From Spirogloea muscicola (lineage: Eukaryota), in contig WELB01000029.1 in NCBI GenBank assembly GCA_009602725.1, positions 849,612 to 913,611 of the forward strand: a DNA stretch of 64,000 nucleotides, read 5' to 3'. Below the pieces are notes generated by a model. It was not told where the DNA came from, made no database searches, and was given only the letters and a program-made list of their open reading frames with translations. Positions 31,330-46,214 of the stretch are shown one piece after another. The position numbers and the translations under genes are program-made. Within the stretch, counting starts at the first letter, position 1, and each line of letters starts with the position of its first letter.

Positions 31330-34300
31330 ATGGCCCACGCCCTCGCCGGCTCCACGACGGCGCAGGTCAGCGGCGCCTCCGCCGCGTCCTGCCACCGCCG
31401 CCCCGGCCGCCAGCACGGCCCGTCTTGCGCCGCCGTCAGCCGGCGCGGACCCAAGACGCCGACCGCGCGGCCCGCGCTCTGGCGGGCGGCCATGGCCATG
31501 TCGCCGCAGGCGGTTGCTGAGACTGTGGCCACGGGCACTACGCCTCCGCAGACGTGGCTCGGCAATGGCGGGCCGCCCACAGGAGGGCCTGGCGACCGGC
31601 CCCACTGGGTGCCCAAGAACCCCCAGTTCCAGCGCATCCTGTCCCTCGACGGCGGTGGCATCCGTGGCATCCTCACAGGTCATAGCCACCACAGCAGCTC
31701 AACCGCCACTGCAATTGCCGATGCAACGTATTAAGCAGGCTGCTGTGAATTGCATCACCGCCGAAGCATTCGAGAATGCGGGTGCTTTAGACGGTCGCCA
31801 GCCTGCTGCTTAATGTGCGGCTTGGGCAACTGAAAAGCTGGGCGGCGGCGCTTCTTGTTCGGCAGCCGTGGTGCTGGAGGGCCTGGAGAACGCCATCTAC
31901 GACGGCCTGACGGCCAAGAACCCCGGCACCAACATCGACCGCAACGAGATCTACCTTGCAGGTGCTGCCATGACCCCGGCGCTTGCTCTGCACGAACATG
32001 CAGAGTGCAGGAGTGCTCGTGGAAGGCCTGGTGCTTCGCTCCTTCATCGTTCCGTCACAAAGAGCGTCTGAGCCAGTTGCGATGCATTGCCCGTGCGCGG
32101 AGACGGAAGATGGTAACCACATCAGCCTGGTCGCGTGCCGTTGTTTCACGGTTGCGTATGCGCACACCGCTGTGGAGGGTGGCCTCAAAAACTGATGCTT
32201 TGGTGTATGCTGTCGCTCACCTCAGCCGGCAATGTCGCGACTGCCTGACGGCACCGCACACGCAGCATGCAGATTTCTTTGACCTGATAGCCGGGACGAG
32301 CACCGGGGCTCTACTCGCCCTGTACTTGGCTTCTCGGGGCAAGACGGATCCCATGGCGGACGGCGTTGAGCCGTCGGATTCGAACAAGGCCCGCAATGGC
32401 AGCGCCGCTGGAGCGCTCGCCATGTACAAGAATCTCGGCCCTCAGATTTTCCCAGCGGGCGACCGCAAGGACGTCGATCCGGGCCTGCTGGGTGTGCTCG
32501 CGGCCCTCATCACGCCCCTCTATGACATTATCGACAAGTTTGTGCCCAAGTTCAAGGCCCTAGGCTCGCCTGAGGCACTTGCCAAGTGGGCGGTCAAAGC
32601 AAAATTCGGGGAGGACGTTATCAATCGCATCTTGCAGAAAACTTTTGCGGGGTTGCAACTCACGCAGCTCTTGGTGAGGCTATTGCTCACTGTCACGAGG
32701 AAGCCATCCATGCTCTTTGCCGAAGCAATTCCAAGTTTTTGTGCCTCAAAGATCACCGCTACTAGCCACTGCATGACATGCATGAGCTTTCTGATCTTCC
32801 TGGTCGGACTATGGATACTCAAGTGTCACGTTGGCACGTGCCTTTGTCCAGAGCTCGGTGGCCATTCCATCCTTTGATATAATTAACGACACGCCATTCA
32901 CATTCTTCTATAACGCCCTGAGCGGCCACTCGGGCTATGCGAGCATCAACCGTTCAGCCTCATTTGGCCAGAGCCTGCAATTCCATCAAAGTGGTTTTCA
33001 GGTCTGGCAGGTGGCTCGTTCAAGCTCAGCAGCGCCGACGTTCTTCCCAGGTAATCTACCCCTGACCTGCCAGCAGATGTCCATCTTCTCCTTCTCCTGA
33101 GCCCAGCCAGTGACTTGATACCTGCCGGCATCTTAAGATCCAGCGTGCTCGCCTGAAAAACCTGTGCTCTGTTGTCGGTACGTTATGTAAAAGTGAGTGG
33201 CAGGACTCAGTTTCCAAGTAATCCGCATACTTCCCTGAGCACTGAAAGAAATCTTGGCTAATGGGAGCATTGACTAAGCCCTCCTTTCCTGCTGCTTCAG
33301 CTTCCAAAGTGCAAAGCCTCCCAGAATCTGATGGCGAGCAGCAGGACTTCATGCTGGTTGATGGCGGTATGCATTCGTCCTGGCACTCTATAAGAGCTCT
33401 TCAGAAAGTAGCTTCCTGCATGCAATACATCCCACTTCTTGGAAGCACGGGGAACTGCTGCTGTGCTAAGACAACCTGTTGAACTTTCAGGCGTTGTTGC
33501 CAATAACCCTACATTGGAGGCCATCGTGGTGCTCAATGCTTGCCTGAAAAAGGCTCAGAGAAAGAACACCTCTGTAGCAGACATAGCCACGTTCTCCGTT
33601 GGGACTGGCCAGGTAGGCACCTCTCCATGAGTATCTTGGCACCTTGACCACTTGCACTAAAAGACGACCAATGAGCCACTGCCTTAGATATAGCAGGTGA
33701 GCTGGATGCTGCTAAATTTCCTGGCACCATCTTTGGTGATTGCTGCACGTCACAAGCAAGTCCTGGCTCTCCCTTGTGTGCAGGTCAAGGGTTCCTTCGC
33801 CGATGATAAGAAGGGCGACTATGGCATCCTGCAATGGATTGTCCCATTGATATCACAGATTCCGACTTCTGGAGCAAGTGACCTTGTGGAAGCCATCGTG
33901 ACGTCCATGTACAACCAGGTCAGGGCTTTGCCTTGAGTTGAGTGCCACCATTGCCAGGCCACATCTGACTCGCACCTTCAGGGAAGAATTTGGATATGCA
34001 CAGTCCTGCATTTGCCATGCCTGGTAATCAGTGACAAGCCACCGGCAGCTTGAGCTCATACCAGTCTGAATAGCAGGTTCTTGGCGGGCCAGAGATTGGC
34101 GACACGGCCGATGATTCCACCACTCTGCAATATCTGCGCATCCAGAAGACCCTCTACCAGGACGATGTGCGGCCTAAGGCGCGGGCCTTTGCGATAGAGT
34201 TCTGCAAGCAGCGGAGCAAGAGCACCAAGGAGGAGGAGAAGAAGGTCGAAGATGATGCAATGGACGCACTGGAGAATGCCTTCACAGCGACTCCGGTGGC

Positions 34301-34415
34301 GATTGCGACACTTGAGGCCATTGGCCGAGAGCTGATTGAGGATGCTACAATCAAGGCTCGCCTTGCCACATTTGTGAACGAGTTTGTCCTCAAGGAGAGT
34401 GTCGTGGCGGCATAG
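31330..34415 (+). CDS. Patatin-like phospholipase A / lipid acyl hydrolase, multi-exon
   Basis: RILSLDGGGIRG, FDLIAGTSTG (GxSxG), SSAAPTFFP, DGGVVANNP, SVGTG, YLRIQ; N-terminal extension could be a targeting peptide. Confidence 0.92.
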
Positions 34416-35600
34416 CAGTCAATCAGTCAATTGCACTTTTCCACGTCTTTGCCTTCCTCAATGTTTGTTGCCTAACACAAGCCACATGTACAGTCAGTTT
34501 GTGAGGGGCTTAAAAACAGGCCCCATGTTTGGCCGTACTTGCCAAGACGTCGTTTAGAATAGGGCTTTAGTGTGCTGATGCCTCCCGTTTTCCCTTCCTT
34601 CGTGAGATTCATGTCAGCGAGCAGCTCAATGAGTGTACAGGATAGTGACTCTCCCTTCGGCGGAATTGCTTTTGCATGTGTGCCACGAGGAGTGCTATGA
34701 GCTCTTCTGACAAGTAGTGAAGAGGCATGTGTCCTTATGTAAACATGAGATATATGCATACAGCAAGGCGCACCTATGTCGGCCATCCAGCACCGTGATT
34801 GTATGTTTGCAGCCTGAGCTCATTACTCGATCACAAGGATGCAGTTCGCAGGCTCAGCAACTACCCATTATGCTACTGACAGCTCTGCATATCTCATCAT
34901 GACCTATGAGCAAATCTGGCACCTTCTGGCATAAAGCATGCCTACTCGGCCTCCTCTATTTCCCAGGTGCGTCGCTCCTGCCAACCTTGCCCACGACATG
35001 CATCGCTTCTTAGGCATTCCTGGAGATTTGCCACCTAGTGTGGCTGACAATGGTGCTGAGCACGTGCTTAGTGATGCAGCAACGGTCCCTCGGACTTTGA
35101 GGCAGCGCTGGCAGCTGCTCGGGCTATCTGCCAAACACCAAGTGCAGCTCAATGCAGAGAAACGACACATCTGTTCCTCAACCGACGCTTTGACGAGGCT
35201 GTGGGACTCGTCTGAATCCTGCAGCCGCAGTCCTGCTGAAGGGCACAAGTGATCCACCGACTGCGTGAATCATACTGACTTGGACTTGGAGACAAAGTGC
35301 TGCTCAACTGCAAATACATTGAACGTTTCTGTGCCAAGAATAGCTTGTGCTTGTCATCAGGCAGTATGATCCTAATCTTGAACAGGACCCACGTGACTAT
35401 CGCTGTGTAGCTGAAGGTCGGTGTGTGACTAGGTGTCAATGACGTATACGGCTGACATTCTACTATGACAGGTAACAATCACTCTCGCGTGAAGTGCGTG
35501 ACAAGACGGCTGTTGGCCGCTTCTCAGTCACATCAACTGCCAAAATGGTAGGATGGCGAGCCTAGGTAAGAAACCAGCAGCTCATCTAAGGCCGCCGGCT

Positions 35601-38600
35601 CTAAATCCCGTTGGCTAGCACCTGTGGCGTCCCAGAGCTCAATGCCGCCCGCTCTTTTACTAGTGCAGTTCTTGAGGGCAAACCCACCACTGCAGAGCTC
35701 CTATCTGCCTCAAAACACGCGGCATATGGGAAGAGCTTTTGACACCTAGCTCTCCAACCTGCAAAAGCAGGCAGGTGCCATGGAGCAAACACAAGTCAGG
35801 AGCATCTAAAAGAGCTTGTCATGTCAGGTTTGTGCAGACCTGCTACAGATAGAACATATAATCTGAAAAGGAGCTATAGTGAAGTGGAGTGAAGGTAAAG
35901 CAGGCTTGTCATGAGTAGGCTTGCAAGAAAGAGGCACTGTGATCACAAAGTGTGTCACCTACACCCACACACTGCAAATCTATGCGCCACCACTGTTAGA
36001 TGACTTCATAAGCTTACTGGCAGAGGCAGCAGTGTCCTGAAGTTTCGATTTAAGCAGCTCATCGACAGCCACACAATCCCGCAAACTCCAGACACACGTG
36101 GCCTCTGCTGCCTCTTCGTCCCTGCCAATGCAGACAGCATCACACCATTCAGCTGCACTACATGGCCCAACATTCTTCTCAACAATTATTATGTATACCT
36201 ACTGCGCCAAGAAATATAAATATTCATACTTGATACCCACATCGCCACTTTGAAGCCAATAAGGGCTGCTGTTGTGACGAACTATACTCACCTTCCGTGG
36301 AAAGAAGGCTCAGCTCTCTCGAGTATGCGAACAGCAGAAGCTGTGTCTGTTGGAGTGAGGAGAAGAGACATCTCTGCTGCTGCTAATCTGTGTGGCAACG
36401 ACCCTGCAAGCAGCCAAACTGGCTGAGAACGAGATTGGAAGTTTGGCTGCAAAAGCAGCTTGATAAGGTCATCTTGAAGCCCATTCATGTGATCCTGCCT
36501 GCATATGAGGCAGCCGTCACAACTGACCTGAGTGGGACTTCAGGAAAGCATCATTGTATGCCTGAAGAGAAGCACTGTCAAGTCCCCTGCAGACAGGTAC
36601 CTTGCTGTCAGGACTGAGCCCTCTATTGAGTACTAAACGCACGTGCACTTCCACAAAGTAACAACAGATTGAAACTCTGCAGCTGTCTCCACCCTACTGC
36701 TTGATTTCCTAAAACCTACAACTTGGAGTTGATCGAAAGGCTTAGTGGTTGAGTTGTGAGCAGTACAGGCTCCACACAACTTAGTGTTTGTAGGTCAATT
36801 TTGAATCTCATTTTTTACTCTTGTACTCAAGGAGTGCTTACGCAAATTGCCCCTTCTCGGCCTCCACAACTTCCTGCACAAGTCGCTCGCCAGCTGTCTT
36901 GGGAGAAGGCAGACTCTCCACGAGGTGGAAAAAGCGTACCTGCACGAGGATATCAACAAAGCCGGCATACATTCAGAGGTGAATTGAGCCAAGCACCCAA
37001 GGCTGCTCGCTCCTGAATCATCGACATGCTGTGAAATCCTCTCTCAACCAACATGTATCTAAGACATCAAGCAAAAGCAGGTAACCAACCACCTCTACAA
37101 GAGCTGGACAATTAGCACGTCTGACTTAAAACTCATGATCGCAACAAGTAGGTGTCCTCTTACCATAGACCTGTGCAGAGCAGCACTGTGACTATCAAGT
37201 CGTAGCATTCTTTTCAGTGCCTGCAAACAAATAATAGCAGACAATGCTGTCAAAGAAGCTCTGAATTGAGGCAAATACCAGCATCACTCGATGAGGAAAG
37301 CATGTACTCCTTGATTGTGTTCCTACTTTCTGCCATTATGCACCTTGTCCCTCTCTGTCGAACATTTCGATATGATCCACTGTAGTTGTTGATTATGAGC
37401 CAACATGTTGCTGAGCCAACACTGTCGAGCAGTTTCGAAGCTCCACCACCTTCAGCAGCAATACCTGGAGACCCAACAGGATCTTGCGCCTGCGGATGTA
37501 GACCTCGAACGCCAGTAGATGTGTCTCAAACCTGTCAGAAGCATGCAGCTGCAGCAGCTGTAGGCTCTTTATGGCTTCTCCCAGGGGGTCGTCCACCTAC
37601 ATTGCAAGTCAGTATCAGAGCCTGAGACTGCAATCTTTGATCAGCTGGGCATGTCAGCAAGTACAAAATCATGGCAAGCATTAGGTCAAGCTTAAGCAAG
37701 CACACTGATGGCTGCTAACTTCACTGAGCAGGGCTTCCAAGTGTGACCTGCGCCAACTGGACACCGTCAGGATCAGGATCAATCGCCTTGACCTTCTCCG
37801 TCCCAGTCTTCTTTGACCCTTTGGCCCCAGGGGATGTTGCAGCTGCTGTAGCGGCAGCCTCCTCTTGCTTTGTCCTATCTTCTGCCTCCTGAAGTGCACA
37901 CGAATACTGCTTAAGGAGGTGCAAGGGGCACACATTTAGCCGTAGTGAGCACATGGCTGATTGGACAACAACATCGTAAGAAGCGGGGACCTTTTTAGCT
38001 CGAGCTTCAGCCTTCCGCTGCTTCTGGCGGAGCTTTTTCCTCTCAGATGGGGACATGCTCTGAAGCAGAGCATCATCGTCATCTGCTGATGTCTTGGGTG
38101 GAGCATCAAAGATTTCCAAGTAGCACCTGCAGGAGAAGAGGTGGTGGGCTGATCAGGTGTCCTTTCAACACCTCACCTGAGATGTGCCATATAGAGTAAT
38201 GTGCAAGACCTTGCAACTAATACATGAGGGGAGCACGTGGGTTTCTAACAGCCGAGTGCAACTATGATCACGTACAGGTCTTCACAGTACAAACAGAGAG
38301 AAGCACAATGAGCAATGTGCAAGAGTTGCTTAAAGCTGATATCTGCTCATGTACCGGATGGCGCCTGCAGCTCCTCGACAGAAGAACTTGTGGGAGTGAA
38401 GATGATCCTCAAATTGTAGCATTGACACATAAGCTTTCAAGGTCATCTTTCTCAAGCAATAGGTGTGAAAGTCGAATTGATCCTCGACCTGTGAAGAAAA
38501 CATGTCAAGTGGACTGAGCCAATCGACAGAGGTGGAGCCTGTACCAACCCATGGACTTTGATGACTCCTGATGCATGGTAGCGGACAGCAACACATTGGG

Positions 38601-41600
38601 AAAGGTGACTTACAATATCAGTGTAGTGCTTGTGTACAGCCAAGTACTTCTTCAAAGCCTTTCCAAATTCACGCTGCCTCAAGTGGCTGTTGCCACTCGC
38701 AATCTCATACCTGTACATACCATGTGTAGCAAGCAATTTAAATGCAGCCTGTCAAATGGAGCTGGATACAGTCCACATGTATACTGACTATCTTACTGCT
38801 CACATGTACTGTGTAGCACATCAGTCTCCCATACTGGAGAAGTCAGACATTTCTTAAGTGATTCATTGGCGAGATGGTGCATAGTGTTGATATAGAGAGC
38901 TTGACAAGACCATCAAGAAAGAGATGAGAGCAGCAGAGAGCAAGGGAGGTCCTTACCACATGCACTGCATGTCAAATAGATTGTTGTGCTGCTCTCCATC
39001 CTTTGTGAAAAGAGCTGCAGTCTTCTCTGCCTTGTCAATCTGATGCACAAGGGTCACCACCCAAACGCTCTCAATGTAAGCTCTGTGGTATCTGATTGCT
39101 ACCAGAACTGCTTTTGATAGATTGCTCAAGGACGGCCAATCTGACGTACCTCATCTTACAACCTTATACAACTGGAAAGTACTTGCGATTGTCACATAAT
39201 CTCAAATGTCACTCTCATGCATTGCCACAAGTAATCTAATATGAATTTGGTGTGGACCTATAGAGTTTCTCTAAAGTGCGCAACGACACAAACCTGATCA
39301 GCTTCAAGCAATCTCTTGACACACTCAGAATTCAGAAATCTGTCTGCCAAGTCCATTGTTCGAGCTTCATCTGCCAGCGCTGCAGCTGCAGGTTGATCTC
39401 CCGCATATTTCAGGACCCTCCCCTGCATGAAGAAGTATTCATTCAAGGCTGCAGATCTGCAACTGCAAAGCAAGCAGCATGTCTTTATCACACTCTGGGC
39501 CTCGTACTCGGCAACAGCTAAGTATCAGCCAGTCACTTGTGCGCAGACCTTCACAAGATAGAAGTCTGGTATGCTGTTGTCTCGAAGAATGGCTTCATCA
39601 ATCTTCTTAAGAGCTTTTCCACATTGCTTTCGCTTGTTGTAGTGCTGCAATGACAGACCACGTCCTCCCACATGTCAGCAGGTCAAAACCTTTCTCATCT
39701 GTTATCGTTCTCAGCAAGCTGCAACAGAGACTCCTTAGCACCACAATAGTCATTGAAGATGCTCTGTAAGTGCAGAAGTTAGGGAGGAAATAGTAAAAAA
39801 AAATTCTGATGACCTGTGCAAGTAAGAACAAAGTCCAAAGGAGAGTAGGTGAACTGTTGCTTGCGACACCCGCTTGACTATCCTCTCTGTCAAGGGGAGA
39901 AGCTCAAGTCATATAGTTGAGCGACACATAATGTATGATTGGCAAATAGAGCCGAAGTGCTACTGCACAAAGTCACCGACTCGCTTTGCAAGGTATGGTC
40001 TAATGATGAAGGAACTCAGCAATGCGTCTTATCCCAGTTGGAGTTGTTGCTACAGTTCAGTCGGAGGCCTCACTTTTTTGAAGAAGACATCTCCTCTGAG
40101 CGCATTGATGACTCTATGTCTAAGAACAAGTGCTCCAAAGCATCCGCCTGTTGTCAAGGTACAAATGTAAGCATTAGATCATTAATTGCCCTCACCAAGT
40201 ATTGCGCACCTCTGCAGAAGCTTTGTCACAGGTGTGGCTGGCCTTTGTGGGTATGCTAGCGCTCAGTGCAACACGCAAAACAACAAATCTGCAGATCCTT
40301 ATAGTTTGTTGTCAAGGTTCAAAACCATAGTGCATCCCTCATTACGTCCCTCCCTTCCATGGCAAAGAGTGTGACATGAGCTGACCTTGCCAGGCTGCCG
40401 ATACAGCGGCTTCAAATCCGAGAAAATAGATGGAACCCCCTGTGTACAACAGAAGCACAGCCATCCTTTACAAAGACAAACCAGTGACAGAACCAGTTAT
40501 AGATATTTGTGAACAAGACCTCCAGTTTTGTACTGAAACATCCCTGGCTTCTTCTTTCAGGAGCCACTGTTGTGACAAGCAAATCTCACCTTTTGGAGGA
40601 AAGGTCGCACATACGCCTCTGCTGCAGACAAGAATGCAGCCCCTTGGAGGAAGTCCAAAGGAATGCGCTGGAATGCACAGGCGAAGATTTGTTAGCCATC
40701 ATAAGCTTGTGGCAAGGTGCTCAAACTAACACTGAATACATACTGACTGCTTTAGACTCACACTTGACGACAATGCAATTTCTGTCTGGCAGGTGCCATT
40801 GTTTCGCTCACCATAACCTGCCTCCACAGTCCTTATGACTCTGATTCTGACCGGCTAGCGGACATCATTCTGATGGATGAGCACTGGAGGAGAGCTGACC
40901 AGCCATTACCTTTGCGGCTGTTGAGTGTGGGTATTGCTTCTGAAGGTCACTGTACAGGGTCGTCAGCTGGGAAAGAAGCTGAGCAGCATAAGCACCACCT
41001 TGAGTTGGCTTCAAACCCAAACAAGCCTGCAGTCCCTCGTAGTACCTGGCAAATCCAGGATCAAACTTCAGCTGCCAGCTCCTCACTGCTCACTTTCATA
41101 GCAGGACCATGATGCATTTCAACGCTTCGTCGTCGATGGCGTAGATCAATACCTGTAGTTGTCAGAGTTGAGGGCCAAGAGGGAGCGATAGACTTTTTCG
41201 GCTTCAGCTGGCCTTCTCAACTGCAGCAACAGAGCTGCTCTCCGCTCCTTCAAGCTCAGCTTGTCCAGCTCCATGATCGAAGAAATTTAATTTATGTAAG
41301 AATGATAGACATCATGACCCAATAGTCTTTGATTTCTAAGGGCATGGCAGAAAACGCGACAAGAAGGAGTCAGCAGATCCAACAGGATAGGGGGAGGCAG
41401 GAGGTTAGCTTGATTACTATCTTCTGCTCCTGCTTGGAGAGCTCGTCAAAGGCCTTCTCTGAAGCTCCACACTCTTCCAGCAGCAGGACCTGTTGACCGT
41501 TCAGAAGTAAACATCAGCCAGCCATGAAATACACTCAATTTAAGCTTCAATACCTGCATTCAGAATGTCAAGATATGGCAAGGTGACTTGCAAGACAAGG

Positions 41601-43491
41601 TGGGTTGCAGCCTCCAGGCTGCTAGCCAGGTGGGTAGCTTGTAACAAAGGCCACAAGTGATGAGATTTGCATGACAAAAGGTGTGCATAAATATCACACC
41701 TTGTACATGAGCATCTCGCTATGCTCGTATCGCTCATTCTCTGGTGGGAAGTCCTCTTCTAAAGTGCCCTCGTAAGCCTGAACAATCTGTACAGCCATGG
41801 CAGGACTGCACGAGGGCACGGAAAGATCGGAAGCAGTAAAGACATGGCACGTACTTTGTCATTCTAGCTCAACAAACAAAGAGCATGTCAGATAGCTTAT
41901 GAGCTGCCTGCACATGCCTGTAGCCTGTAGGCAAGTGACCAAGTGCTAATCAGTCAAAGGAGACGTAATTGTTAAGATAGAGAGATTGTACGGTCTACAA
42001 GCAGCAACTCAGGCTTAACTTACTTTCCATTGATGTGCTGCGCCACTGCAAAACCAATCCAACTGTTGCGATGACTGGGTTTCAATGTGAGCAGCTGCCT
42101 CCTGGTCTCCACAAAACCAGCTCTGTCCCGCATCTGTGCCTGTTCGCAGGAGGTCCAAGACATTGATAAGCCTGGCTGCCAAATCCACCAGCTCTGCATC
42201 TCCCACCTGAGCAAATCAAGACTGACAGCACACTAAAGCCCAATTGAGCTTTGAGCGTGCACAATGAGTGGCTCACCACTCATCAACTTGCACTTGGCCG
42301 CAGCATTGAAGGCTGACACAGGCTGACACAAAATCCATCTGCCGAGGTTTATCCAAGAAAATATCAAGTCTTGGCAAGGGAGGGAGGGCACCACATTGGC
42401 AACAATGGCAAAGCTCACCTGCAAGAGGGACAGGTCTCTGAGAATTTGCAGGTTGTCAGGGTCAAGTCTGAGTGCGTTGAGGTAGCACTTGATCGCTTCC
42501 CGGTATTCTCGGTCTGAGCGGTATAGCAGGCCATATACATGCCAGCAGACATGGCTCTTGAGATCATTCTGCAGAGGCAAGCAGAGATTGTCAAACTTCC
42601 ACATAGTTAGACTTTACTTACCAGAGCCTATGCAGGCCAAGGATAATAACAGTCAGAAGGATCGGTTGAGCTGCTTGCCAGCAATCCATCTAGGACAAGA
42701 TGAGCAGCACATTCTATGCATGGCCGAGCTAGCTATTGCGCGAGTTAGAGGGTGCAAGCTCAAGCAAGAAGGGAGGAGAGATGGGCGAGTATGGCAACAG
42801 CAGGGCAAGTGGAAGACTTGCTACATCAGCTCAGCTCAGCTCAGACCTCCCCAAGCTGCATATACTCAAGCAGGAGATGAAGGCAGCAAGCCCAGTCACC
42901 TTGAGGCCGCGTCGGACGAGCTCGTAGGCCTCCGCTTTGCGGTTGTGACAGTTGAGAGTGAGGCCCCGCATTGCCAGCGTCTCTGCAACAGCCGGCCACG
43001 GGCAGTCCTTGCGTCCGTGCTTCAATGGCTGCTGAGAGCCGCTACTAAATCCAGCCATCGACTAAACAGCTGAACTCAGCCCCCCGTGTCCCAGGCGGAC
43101 GAGACTGCCTCCCTTGATACCACGTCAAGATGAGTCACCAACTACGGCTTCCGGTCGTCGGCAGCAAAGCCCTTCGGGAATAGGCGACCTGGCTGGTCGT
43201 TCGGCACTCACCTCCATGGTCGGGAAATCTCTTCAGGATCGCGTCGGAGGCCTTGAGGCCTTTCTTGTACTGCTTGGACTCGTACGCTTTCTGGCCAACG
43301 TTGAAGCGACGGGCCTCAGCGAGCGGCAGCATGCAAGGCGGCCGTCGTTGCTTTCGAGCTGCCGCACAGCGCGGCTCTCTCGCGTCACAGTGCTCAGAGC
43401 ACAGCTGATTGCAGGCGGCAGAGCGGCAGACGGCGCGCACCACAATGAGCTTGAAGAGGTTGGCTTCCTTGGGAGGCAGCGACGACCCCAT
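35601..43491 (-). CDS. NAA15: N-terminal acetyltransferase A auxiliary subunit, many exons
   Basis: [94 protein letters not shown]; last exon ...LFPYAACFE...NGI*. Confidence 0.96.
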
Positions 43492-44176
43492 GCCGCCGCA
43501 CCCCGCCCACCGCCGCGCACACGAGAGATGACCAGCCGCCGGCTACCAGTTGGTGCACCGGCCCACCGCCCCCGGCACCATGCCGGCCGTCGGCCGGCCT
43601 CGGCGAGGCGCGCAGGCGAGGCTGCCGCGCCGGGCGCCCGCCATGGCGGGCGCGGCGGCCCGCGGCGCCGGCAACGACGGCGGGCGGCTCAGGCCGCTTG
43701 TACTGACGTCCCGAGCGTGGAACGGGCCGGGCTGTGGAGTGGACGGGGGCGAGAAAAATTTGGAAACCCCGGCGGAGCGCACATTAAACACCAACCCAGC
43801 TGAGCGGGCGGGATCCCGGTGTCCCCGAGGGTCGCATTTGACAACAGAATCGAGCTGCCCCGCCGGGGGTTTAGCCCGGCTCCGGGGTTTAAACACCAGC
43901 GGCCGCTCCGAGCCATCCCCGCGCTGCTCTCCCCGCGCGGCTCCTGCGCCGCCTCGGCGCGCCGGAGCTTGGCGCAGCCGGCTCCCGCCGCGCCGCTGCC
44001 GCGAGGCCCGAGCCACGACCTCCTCCATCCTCCTCGTCCAGGCGCATGTTTCTTCTCTCTGGGCGCGTGCTGGAGAAGCCGTCAGCTTCTCGTCGTCTGG
44101 GAGCGGCGCCACTGCCACGAGCGCGACAGCCTACAGCCGCGGGCTTGCCTTCTCTTTGAGCCGAGCCCCCGCGACG

Positions 44177-46214
44177 ATGGATTTCCGGGAAGCCAAGAGC
44201 TCGGCGCGGCAGCAGCGCGCCAAGAGCCTGCGGTACAAGGGGCGGGGAAGAGGTCGGGGGACTCCTGGTGGTACGCTGGCCGCCGGCGGGCCTCCCGACG
44301 GTGCAAGTATTGCCAGTGACTCCGCTTCCGACGGTGACTCCGGCGCCCCTGGATGGCAGCGCAGACGGTAATCGACATTCTACTCTCGTCTTGTCACAAC
44401 GGCGATCATGGACTGCATGACCTTCCAGCTTCGCTCTGATAGATGTCCGTCGAAATCTGTGCAGTCCAGGCCGCTGATCCTACACCTTACTTTGCTCTGG
44501 CCTGGCATTGAGAAGGCTGGGAGGAGTACCTGAAGCGGCGTCCCTGGCTCCCTCTTGGCAGGCCAGGCCTGCATGACGATCGCCACAGAGATGCTGAGGA
44601 TGGTACCGACGACGAGGTTGACGCAGGAGGGCTTCCTCCGGGAGTCCAGTCCAAGAGCCAGGGTGCAGACTTTGCCGCGCTCGTGGAGGATGAGCTGGCA
44701 GGTCAGCCCCAGTGTGCAAGGGCCTTGATGGACAAGCCCTGCAATCATACTACGTCAGATAGAGTGCATGACTTGACATAGCTGTCATCGTTCTCATTCA
44801 TATCTCCTATGTTCATCAGAAGTGGCTGTCACTGAGTTGCTCACAGCTGATTTTAGACTAGCAGGTCTTAGGGCAGTGAAAGGCGGCTTCCGGTTCCAGT
44901 CCATCCTGGAGGACTTGGTTGACGAGGATGCACATGGCCAAGGCTCTGACAGGACCGCCGAGGTGAGCACGCCTCGAAAGATACATTGAGGCCGATGATG
45001 TAGCAGCAACTTCGTTTCTTCGACATCTCTGCAGCGTGAAGAATCTGAGATCAAAGCTTCCTTGCCCCCAGTCAGGTTGTTATAGCTCAGTGCCTCCACC
45101 TATCAACAGGCTGCGGTCGGTTCAGGTCAAGACGCCATTCTTTTGAGAGCTTGTGATGGAGCACTTATGATCAGACCTTTACATCAAGGAGGCACTTGCT
45201 TTCACAGGGCTGCAGCAGCAGTCTGAGACATCTTGTACAAGTGATGCTTGCAGATGTCCCTCTTGTCTATTGACCTGAAGGCTCTCGAAGAATCACTGAG
45301 CACGCTGCCACTTGCCCAGATGCTGTGGATAAAGAATGAGAATCTGCCTCAAGAGCTAGTGAGCAACCACACCTCCTACACCTCCCTTGCATTGCTGTGG
45401 TGATGCATGAAGGTTTTGTAGGTGTCTGCCTGTAACTGTGTGTGACAACTCACCAATTGCTGTCTGCTGCCAGAGATACACGCCTCCCGACGTCTGCGGG
45501 ACTGAGTGTGATACAGGGGCTGCAGGCTGTGCGGACTCCATGCCTGCCTCCAGTGTCGCGGCTTCTGCAAGGCCAGCTTCTCCATCCCCCAAGGAAATTG
45601 CAATGCAAGAGGCTGCCCCGGTCAGATCAAAGGACAATCTGTCATCAATACCCCTGGCAAGGAATAGTCTGGACTTGGAGAAGATGTCACAGTCCAACCA
45701 ACCTGGGCTGCATCAACGGCATGAACAGCCATTATTGCAAGCACCTACAAACGGCATTCCCGATGACCACCAGCATTCCATTGGTCCGCATGCATCGCTC
45801 AGTGGCTCCACAGCATCTTCACTTGCAACAGCTTCTGCCTCTCCCTCGGCCGTGCAAGCCTCGGTCCCAAGTCTTGGAGGAGCCACAAGTACGACCCATA
45901 GTGGCCAGTTGAACAAGTCCGAAGGGTTCACGCAGCCCGTGGATGAGCTCGATGCCCTGCTGGATCGTCTTGAAGTTTGTGGAAGTGCTTCCAGCAGAGC
46001 CGGAGCATTGTCACCAGCTACCCATCAGCCACCGATATCGACGTTGACATCTTCTCAGGGCAGTCATTTCTTGGGCAGCGAGAGACAGTCAGAACAGATT
46101 CCAGCAGCAAAGACCTTGGCACGAGCGCTTACGGGGCCTGCAGCTGCGCATGCCAAGGCAATACTTGAGGATGACTTCGACTCATTCCTTGATTCACTTG
46201 AGGCAACAAATTAG
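44177..46214 (+). CDS. Aven / ECERIFERUM16-like protein
   Basis: Basic RG-rich N-terminus (MDFREAKSS...GRGRGRG), SKSQGADFAALV, IDLKALEESLSTLPLAQMLWI, DELDALLD, C-terminal DDFDSFLDSL; motif order recalled from the Aven/CER16 family. Confidence 0.65.

Noticed and set aside
34904..35478. Short ORFs between patatin and NAA15
   Set aside because: No recognisable motif or exon structure; probably UTR or intergenic.
36940..36956. ATATCCTC on the NAA15 sense strand
   Set aside because: Lies just before a normal CAG acceptor, not at an exon end.
43543..44176. Overlapping Arg/Pro/Ala-rich ORFs
   Set aside because: Expected in the GC-rich divergent promoter of NAA15 and the Aven-like gene.
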